A DNA stretch of 64,000 nucleotides from an uncultured Acidobacteriota bacterium (GTDB taxonomy: Bacteria > Acidobacteriota > Vicinamibacteria > Fen-336), in assembly GCA_963729875.1 (NCBI GenBank), contig CAVSPR010000006.1:595571-659570 (forward strand). Reading direction: 5' to 3'. Every line of letters starts with the position of its first letter. The stretch's first letter is position 1. This document shows, in pieces, positions 57,057 to 64,000 of the stretch. The notes below the pieces were generated by a model. It saw only the letters and a list, made by a program, of their open reading frames with translations. It was not told where the DNA came from and did no database searches. A program made the translations under genes and the position numbers.

Positions 57057-58540
57057 TGTCCTTCTCCTCGGGCCTGCCCCTCGGCCTCGTCTGGCTGGCC
57101 ATCCCCGCCTGGATGGCCCGCGTCGGCGTCGACATCAAGGTGATCGGCCTCTTCACGCTCGCCCAGGCGCCGTGGTCCTTCAAGCTGCTGTGGTCGCCCT
57201 CGATGGACCGCTTCCCCCCGCCGCTTCTCGGGCGCAAGCGGGGCTGGATCCTCGTGGGCCAGGTCGCGCTCCTCGCGCTCGGCCTGTGGCTGGCCGGCGT
57301 CTCGAGCCACCCCGAGGCCGTCTGGGTCATCGGCGCCCTCGCCCTCGCGATCGCGTTCGCCTCGGCCACGCAGGACATCGCGATCGACGCCTACGCCGTC
57401 GAGGTGCTGCGGCGCGAGGAGCTGGGGTTCGCGAGCGGCGCCCGCACGGCGTTCTACCGGGCGGCCATGCTGGTCGCGGGCGGTGTCTCGATCACCCTCG
57501 CGGCGGAGACCTCGTGGGCGTTCGTGAACGTCCTGCTCGCGCTGCTCTACCTGCCCTTCATGCTCGTGACGGTCTTCGCCCCGGAGCCGGAGGAGCTGCC
57601 GGCGCCACCCCGCACGCTGCGCGAGGCCGTGTGGGGCCCGTTCGTCGGCTTCCTCGCGCAGCACCGCTCGCTCGAGATCCTCGCCTTCGTCGTCCTGTAC
57701 AAGCTGAGCGACAACCTCACCCAGGCGCTCACCCGGCCCTTCCTCGTCCAGGCGGGCTTCAACGACTTCGACGTCGGCGTGGCCACGGCCACCATCGGCC
57801 AGGCCGCGGCCATCCTCGGCACCCTCGCCGGCGGCCTCCTGACCGACCGCCTCGGCCTCGGCCGTGCCCTGTGGATCTTCGGCTTCCTCCAGATGGTCTC
57901 GAACCTCGGCTACGCGGCGGTCGCGCAGGTCGGGACGAACCGCCCGCTCATGTACGCGGCGCAGGCCTTCGAGCTGGGCTCGAGCGGCCTCGGGCAGGGG
58001 GCGTTCGGGGTCCTCCTCCTGCGGCTCACGCAGAAGCGGTTCTCCGCGACCCAGTACGCTCTCCTCTCGAGCCTGTTCACGCTGCCCCGGATCCTCTCGG
58101 GGCCGGTCGCCGGCGTCCTCGCCGATGCGATGGGCTGGCGCGACTTCTTCGTCCTCACCGTGGTCTTCGGCGTGCCAGGCCTGGTGATGCTCGCGCGGTT
58201 CGTGCCGTGGGGCGTGAGGGACGTCGAGTTCGAAGTCCGGGCGCCGTCCTGGGGGCCGCCTCTCTCGCGCCGGGGCCTCGCCGCCCGCGCGGTCGTCGGT
58301 GGGGGGGTGGCCCTCGCCGTGGGGCTCGCCGGGCTGGCGCTCTCGGCCGGCCTCTCGGCTCTCCGTGCCGGCCGGGGCTTCACCGTTCTTCCCGCGCTGC
58401 AGGCCGTCGTGACCCCGTCGACCGTGCCCGAGTGGACGGTCACGGTCGGGCTCTGCGTCCTGGCCGCGCTCGGCGGCCTGGCCACCGCCGCCACGCTCGC
58501 CGCCCGCCGCGGGTTCGAGGCTGCCTCAGGAGCCCGGTAG
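57020..58540 (+). CDS. ampG: AmpG-family muropeptide MFS transporter
   Basis: MVGSWRLLSVCLMSFSSGLPLGLVWLAIP...FKLLWSPSMDRF. About 12-14 TM segments. The track start 56933 is probably too early. Confidence 0.8.
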   Translation: MVGSWRLLSVCLMSFSSGLPLGLVWLAIPAWMARVGVDIKVIGLFTLAQAPWSFKLLWSPSMDRFPPPLLGRKRGWILVGQVALLALGLWLAGVSSHPEAVWVIGALALAIAFASATQDIAIDAYAVEVLRREELGFASGARTAFYRAAMLVAGGVSITLAAETSWAFVNVLLALLYLPFMLVTVFAPEPEELPAPPRTLREAVWGPFVGFLAQHRSLEILAFVVLYKLSDNLTQALTRPFLVQAGFNDFDVGVATATIGQAAAILGTLAGGLLTDRLGLGRALWIFGFLQMVSNLGYAAVAQVGTNRPLMYAAQAFELGSSGLGQGAFGVLLLRLTQKRFSATQYALLSSLFTLPRILSGPVAGVLADAMGWRDFFVLTVVFGVPGLVMLARFVPWGVRDVEFEVRAPSWGPPLSRRGLAARAVVGGGVALAVGLAGLALSAGLSALRAGRGFTVLPALQAVVTPSTVPEWTVTVGLCVLAALGGLATAATLAARRGFEAASGAR

Positions 58541-59443
58541 GGTCCCGCCGCCTGGGGACACGAGGGCGCGCGCCGCGGCCACGACCGGCTCGATCGCGAG
58601 ATCCTCCAGCACGCCGCCGGGAGCGCGCAGGGTGCCGACGGCCGGCCCCACCGGACCCCACCGCGCGGGGTCCGTGGGGCCGAAGAGCGCGAGCGTCCTC
58701 GCCCCGCAGGCCGCGGCCAGGTGGGCGACACCGGAGTCGTTCCCGAGAAAGAGGCCGGCCCCCGACAGGGCGGCGGCGAGGACGCGCAGGGGCCAGCCGC
58801 GAGCGTCGATCGCGCCCGGGGGGCTCGGCAGCGCCTCCTCCGCGGGGCCGCGCGCGAAAAGCCAGGGGCGCCCACCGCACAGCGCGCGCGCCGCCGCGGC
58901 AAACCGGTCGAGGGGCCAGTTCTTGCCGGGAGAGCCGCTGCCCGGGTGCACGGCGAGAAAGCCCGGGGCCAGCTCCCGCGTGAGTCGTTCGGCCTCCCGC
59001 CGCTCGGGCGCGGTGAACTCGAGCGGCGGCGGGTCCTCTCCGGGAGGGATCCCGAGGGGCTCGAGGGCGCCCGCGAGCCAGACCGAGGCGTGCGGCCCAG
59101 GCGGCGGTGGCGCGGGGTCCCGCGCGATCAGGCGGCGCGTTCGGCCCCGGAGCGCGCCGAGGAGCGGCTCGCCACGGGTGAACGCCACGACCGCGTCCGC
59201 CGAGCGGAGAGCCGAGCCCACGGGTCCCGCCGTTTCCGAGCCGGCGAGGATTGCCGCCATCTCGGCGCCGTCCCAGGGCAGGACCTCGTCGGCCTCGCCC
59301 GGACCCGGCCCGAGGAGCGCGGCGGCCGGCGCGGCCGGCGCGAGGAGGATGACGCGATGCCGGGCCCCGTGCAGGGCGGCGAAGGCGCGGCGCAGGAGAA
59401 GGAGGTCCCCGAGGGCGCCGGCGCGGACGAGCAGGACGCGCAG
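58526..59443 (-). CDS. Glycosyltransferase family 9 (LPS heptosyltransferase-like)
   Basis: C-terminal LFLGNDSGVAHLAAACGARTLALFGPTDP. The N-terminal (L)RVLLVRAGALGDLLLL is in frame, but there is no ATG/GTG/TTG between the upstream TGA (59456) and the internal ATG at 59260. Only a CTG at 59443. Confidence 0.75.
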   Translation of the reverse strand: MRVLLVRAGALGDLLLLRRAFAALHGARHRVILLAPAAPAAALLGPGPGEADEVLPWDGAEMAAILAGSETAGPVGSALRSADAVVAFTRGEPLLGALRGRTRRLIARDPAPPPPGPHASVWLAGALEPLGIPPGEDPPPLEFTAPERREAERLTRELAPGFLAVHPGSGSPGKNWPLDRFAAAARALCGGRPWLFARGPAEEALPSPPGAIDARGWPLRVLAAALSGAGLFLGNDSGVAHLAAACGARTLALFGPTDPARWGPVGPAVGTLRAPGGVLEDLAIEPVVAAARALVSPGGGTLPGS

Positions 59444-59455
59444 CGGGCGTTCCGG

Positions 59456-61693
59456 TCAGCGGACGTCGACGCGGGCGGTGGCGACGTTGCCGAGGAGTCC
59501 TGGCCCGCAGGATCACGATCCGGGCCGGTGGCCGGCACTCGGCGGGGAGCGTGATCTCGTAGGTCTCCTCGCGCGAGTCCGCGATGCCGTCGACCGGGTG
59601 CACCTCCTCCCAGCGGCCGGCGTCGATCGAGACCTCGAGCTTGCGGAGGGGGCTCGGTCGTCGCGCGCGACCGGCGCGGACGCGGTCCTTGTGCGCGCGG
59701 TCGAGCGAGCGGCGATGGTCGGGGGCGCGTTGTCGACCTCGAACGACAGGTGTCCTTCGAGCCCGAGAGGACGAAGGCCGGCGGGTTTCCGGGGGCGTCG
59801 GAGGCGATGCACGCGCAGGACGTAGCGGCCGTTCGGGACGTCGAGGTGTCCCAGGCGAAGCACGGGCTCGTCGAGGCCGCGGCGGAGCGGCCGCCAGCGG
59901 TCGTCGCCCTGGCGCCCGGTACTGGACGTCGTAGACGAGGGCGTCGCCGTTCGGGTCCTCGGCCTGCCAGGAGAACGTGCGCAGGCCGCGCTGGTACATC
60001 TTGCGGCTGAAGGTGATCGGCGGGCGGGCTGCCCGCCGGCCGCGCGGGCGGCCGCCCGGTCGCTCAGCGGGTCCGGCGTCGAGGCCGAGGATCTCGGGCT
60101 CGCCGCTGACCGAGATCGGCTTCTGGAACACCTCGCCCGGCGGGTGGACGGTGATCGATCTTGACGCTCGGGCGGCAGGTTGCGCTGCAGGTAGGCGGCC
60201 GCGACCGCCTCGACGGTGGGACTGGCTCCGTCCCTGCCGACGAGCGTCACGCGCAGCTGGAGGAAGCGGGCGCGCTCGCTGCGGATCGGCTCGCCCTCGG
60301 CGCGCGTGAGGGGCGCCGACCAGTCGGTCCACGTCGCGTCCGGGGTCGCCGTGTTGCCCGACCGCGTCTGGAGGCTGCACCGAGGTCCCGGCCGGGAAGC
60401 CTGCCCTCCCAGGAGAGCCGGCCCCAGCGCGGACGCGTCTGCGCGTCCTTGACGGCGGAGACGAACGTGCCCTCCGTGGCGAGCGTCGGCGTCCGAGCGC
60501 GTAGACGCGGGCGGGGTTCGACGTGTGACGAGCGGCGCCCGTCCCGCGTCCGCGGCGCGAGGGCGGTGACCTGCTCGGCCGGCGGCGGTCGCGACGAGCG
60601 ACCACCCGCCCGGCGTCGCGGACGCGGTAGACCTTGCCCTTGTTCCCGGTGCCCACGAGCACGCCCGAGGCGACGCGCCGATCGCGTGCGGGACGTCCTC
60701 GGGCGAGCTCCAGAGCGTCTCGACGTCGCCCGACGCCGGATGCGCAGCACGGCGCCCTTCGGCGCGGCCTGCGGACGCGGCCTCCGGCCCCGGCCGGCGC
60801 GAGGGCGACCGGCGCGCCCCCGGCGGGCGGCACGACCGAGAAGCTCTCGCTCACGGTGACCTCGGCCACGACGTTGCCCGAGCCGCCCGGTGACGCGGTG
60901 GCCGGGGCCGCGGCCGGCCGGGGCGCGGGCTCGGTCGTGCGTGCCGTCGACGGCGGCGGCGTAGACGCGCCGTCCTCCGCCGACGTCGAGCGCCCTGATC
61001 TCGCGGTACGCGGAGTCGAGCACGACGAAGACCTTCCCCTAGGCGTCGATGCGGTAGACGATGCCCTCGGGCGCGCTGCCCGCGAACACGCCGCCCTTGG
61101 CGTCGACGGCGAGCGAGAGCACGTGCGTGTCGGAGGCGGTCAGGATCGGCCTCGGCGCTGCCGTCCTTGGCGACGCGGTAGACGCGGCCCTCGCCGCCCG
61201 TGGCCACGTAGAGCGCCCCTGCGCGTCGAAGGCGAGCGCCCAGATGTACTTCTCCGCGGGGTCGAAGAAGCGGGTGGCCTTGCCCGCGGCGTCGATCGCG
61301 TAGACGGCGCCGTCGGGCGAGGTGCCCGCGTAGACGCGGCCGTCCGGGCCCGACCGCGAGCGCGTGGACCTCGAGCTCCTCCGCGTCGAAGAGGAGCGAG
61401 CCCTTCCCGCCGTCGACCTTCATCACCCGCCCGTCGTTGCCCGGTCCCGACGTAGAGGACGCCCTGCGGGTCGCGCGCGACGGTCCAGGCGTTGGGCGTC
61501 GCGGGGTCGTAGATCTGGCGCACGGCGCGGCCCCGAGCCGCAGGCGGCCCTCGGAGTCGAGCGAGAGGCCGGCGAGCTCGCCCTCGAGGAAGGCGCGGGC
61601 GCCCTCGACGCGCCAGAACTGCGGTCCGCGGCGCGAAGGGCGGGCGCGACGGCCGGCGCATAGCGGCGGCGGCGAGGCGAGTCGTCGGAGCAT
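59456..61693 (-). pseudogene. Large secreted beta-propeller / Ig-like repeat protein, multiply frameshifted as sequenced
   Basis: Fragments QFWRVEGARAFLEGELAGLSLDSEGRLRLG, NDGRVMKVDGGKGSLLFDAEELEVHALAV, ALYVATGGEGRVYRVAKDGSAE, TFSWQAEDPNGDALVYDVQYR, PNGRYVLRVHA and LEVSIDAGRWEEVHPVDGIADSREETYEITLP are spread across all three minus frames. Confidence 0.5.
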
Positions 61694-61711
61694 GCGGGGG
61701 CTCGGTCCTCT

Positions 61712-63559
61712 TCAGCGCTGGACGTGACGGTGAGCTGCCGCGATCCGGAGACGGCGTAGTCGGTCGTGTGCTCGTCGGCCCAGACCGGGGCGATGGGAGG
61801 GGACGACGCTCGTGCCCTGGTCCGCCGAGCCGAGCACCGAGAGCACCGAGCCCGGGCAGGGCCGGCAGGTACTCGCCGCCCACGACCGCGCCCGCCCGCC
61901 GGGCGCGTCAGGCGGGCGTAGACCGCGTTGCTCGCCGCGCAGCGTGTTGAGCGAGCGCACGAGCTGTGCCAGGTCGCGGGCGACGAAGCGCTGGCGCATC
62001 TCCCGCTGCTCGACGGCGTCCATGGTGGCGCGTCGGCGACGAGCAGCGTGTAGGTGCCGGCGGGCGCGCTCTGCGGGATCGCAACGGCAAGCGTCTCGGT
62101 CATCACCTCGCCGCGGTGCGTGCGCAGCTGGAGCCGGCACGGGCACGAGTCGCCGGGGTGCAGCGGGAGGCGCCGCGTCCACCCAGGCCCGCGCGAGGGT
62201 CGCGGCGCTGCGCAGGGTCTCGCCGGCGTCGACCGACGACGTCGAGCCGGTCGAGGGTGAGCGCCTCGAAGTCGTTCCCGACGAGCAGCGCGAGGGGCCC
62301 GGCCAGCACGGCCGCCGCCTGCTGCGCCCGGCTGGTCGCCGCCAGCGACGTCGCTGGACGCGGACCTCGCGGCCGCCCGCCGAGGGTGAGCCGCGCGTCG
62401 ACGCGCAGCGTCGCCGCGCCGAAGGCCCGCTCGTGGCCCTGCAGCACCGAGAGCAGCGAGACGTAGCCGAGGAGCGGGCGTGAACAGCTCGTCGTCGACC
62501 ACCCGGTAGCGGAAGACGCGCTCGCCGGCCCGCGCCGAGCGCAGGCTGCACCTCGACCGGGATCATGCGGGGCGCATCGCCGAGCTGCCCGGCGATCGCG
62601 GTCGTGCGGTCCTGGTCCATCGTGCCCGACCGTATCGAGTGGCCGCCGCGATCTTCCAGGACACCTGCAGGCTCGGGAAGACAGAGTAGACCCAGGCCTT
62701 CTTGAGCGGGAACTGCGTCGGGCCGAGGTTGTAGAACGGGTGCCCGAAGGCGTAGACGCGGTCCTTGTCGACGTGGGTGACGGTGCCGGTCACCGAGAGG
62801 TCGAGGTCGCCCTCGATCAGCGAGACCCCCACGGCCGACCCGGGCGCGAGGTCGGGGACGGGGCCGACGCCTGCCGCCGTCGCTGCCGCCCATCACCGGG
62901 GCGAAGCCCATGGCGGAGAAGACGCCGCGCGCCCAGTCGAAGGTGTCCGCCTCGAAGCCGGAGAAGACGAGCGGCAGCGCCAGCGGGCGGAGGGCTGGCC
63001 CCGGCCACGGCGGGCGGCAGGCCCTCGCCGCGGAAGGAGAGCGGGGACGATCGAGCGCAGCGGCCGCTGCAGGGCCGCGGCGACCGAGGCGCGGTCGAGG
63101 GGTGCGGCGAGCGCGCTCCGCGCCGGCGCGTGGAAGCGGGTCGAGGCGGCGCGCGGGGCACCGCTCGCCGTGGCCTCGATCATGTCGGCGATCGGGGTGA
63201 TGCCCGCGATCGGCTCCTTGCCGAAGGGGAACGCGTACGCGACGGCGCCGACCAGCCGCCCGTCGATGAAGACGGGGCTGCCGCTCATCCCGGCGATGAC
63301 CCCGGTCTGGGCGAGCGGCCCGCCCTCCAGCCGGGCGAGGATCAGGCTCTGCCGGGGGCCGACCGCGTTCTCGAGCACGCCCAGGATGTGGACCTTGAAC
63401 TCGTCGACGCGGGCCCCCTCGAACACGGTGCGGCCCACGCCCTCGCATGCCGGGCCGGACCTCGGACGAGGGGCAGGTCGAGCTCGCCGGCGCGGGCAGG
63501 GGCCGCGGCGGCGAGCAGGCAGGAGGGAGACGCCGAGCCGCAGCCATCGCACGAGGCAT
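61712..63559 (-). pseudogene. SpoIVB-type (S55 family) serine peptidase domain protein, multiply frameshifted as sequenced
   Basis: FEGARVDEFKVHILGVLENAVGPRQSLILARLEGGPLAQTGVIAGMSGSPVFIDGRLVGAVAYAFPFGKEPIAGITPI (S55-like). Later fragments LIEGDLDLSVTGTVTHVDKDRVYAFGHPFYNLGPTQFP are in other frames. Confidence 0.55.
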
Positions 63560-63681
63560 GTTAGGGTGCGCCCGGCGGCGAGCGTCAACGCGACCGCGCG
63601 CGCGCTTGACCGCCTGGCCGGGCCGCCGTTAGCATCGCTCGGTCCGGGCGGGCGTGCCGCCGCGGCAACGAGGAGAGAAAC

Positions 63682-64000
63682 GTGTCCGACACCAGGGCCG
63701 CTTCCACGGCCCGGGATTCATCGCGAACCGTGCGCGGCCGGCCTGCTGGCGTGGGTGTTCCCGGGCCTCGGGCACCTGTTCCTCGGGCGGCGGGGCAAGG
63801 GCCTGGTCCTGATGGGCTGCATCGTCGCCCTGTTCGTGCTCGGCGTGGGGATGGACTCGCGCTCCAGGTCCACCTCGGCCTCGAGGACCCGCTGGCCCTG
63901 CTGTTCAGCCTCGCCCAGATGGGCGTCGGCGCGCCCTACGTCATGGCGCGCGTCCTGGGGCTACGAGTCGCGGCGCTGGTGACCTCGCCCTCCTACGAGT
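63682..64000 (+). pseudogene. Hypothetical membrane protein (3' end outside window), frameshifted as sequenced
   Basis: GTG 63682 after GAGGAGAG. AGLLAWVFPGLGHLFLGRRGKGLVLMGCIVALFVLGVGMD is in one frame and LALLFSLAQMGVGAPYVMARVLG in another. Confidence 0.35.

Overview
This is a high-GC bacterial chromosomal window. Hand counts on sample 60-nt lines give about 73% G+C in typical genes. The gene content is that of a diderm: BamD, AmpG, an LPS-type GT9 heptosyltransferase and a sigma-54 activator. My lineage guess is Acidobacteriota-like or a similar soil or sediment phylum, but this is inference only.

The window is dominated by housekeeping genes:
- yicC-gmk-rpoZ-coaBC-udg-priA
- an M50 protease, two HU/IHF genes, der and a MerR regulator
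- surE flanked by two tRNA-Pro genes
- DUF362 plus a GHMP kinase
- efp-tdk-rtcA
- alaS-recX-pilT-ilvE
- a Ser/Thr kinase and pta
- hrcA-grpE-dnaK-dnaJ-prmA-rsmE
- an aldehyde dehydrogenase, a bactofilin and tRNA-Gly
- sugar-nucleotide genes, pgsA, a LysM protein and bamD
- aroC-def-fmt-rsmB-PASTA-rpe
- a PspF-like sigma-54 activator, ampG and GT9

I found 4 tRNAs. I recognised no rRNA, CRISPR array, transposase, integrase or phage genes.

The most striking signal is technical or structural rather than a new gene system. Four blocks contain genes broken by many frameshifts: about 12.7-18.6 kb, 24.7-29.4 kb, 51.6-53.1 kb and 59.5-64.0 kb. They alternate with multi-kb stretches where every gene is intact. 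One boundary falls inside the essential gene alaS. Isolated single indels hit dnaK, the aldehyde dehydrogenase and bamD. I read this as local consensus-quality failure (indel errors), not biology, but it needs read-level checking.

The candidate accessory loci are modest:
- a lower-GC islet after tRNA-Pro(CGG) encoding a secreted Cys-rich protein and an atypical S1 peptidase
- a small membrane ORF, radical-SAM enzyme and secreted HExxH protein string
- a DUF362/GHMP pair
- a kinase-less PASTA protein
- a TPR-AIM24 fusion
- an S55 peptidase and beta-propeller pair

I cannot support the presence of a clearly novel multi-gene system from sequence alone. Many very long ORFs in the track are antisense or out-of-frame artefacts of the stop-poor high-GC sequence.
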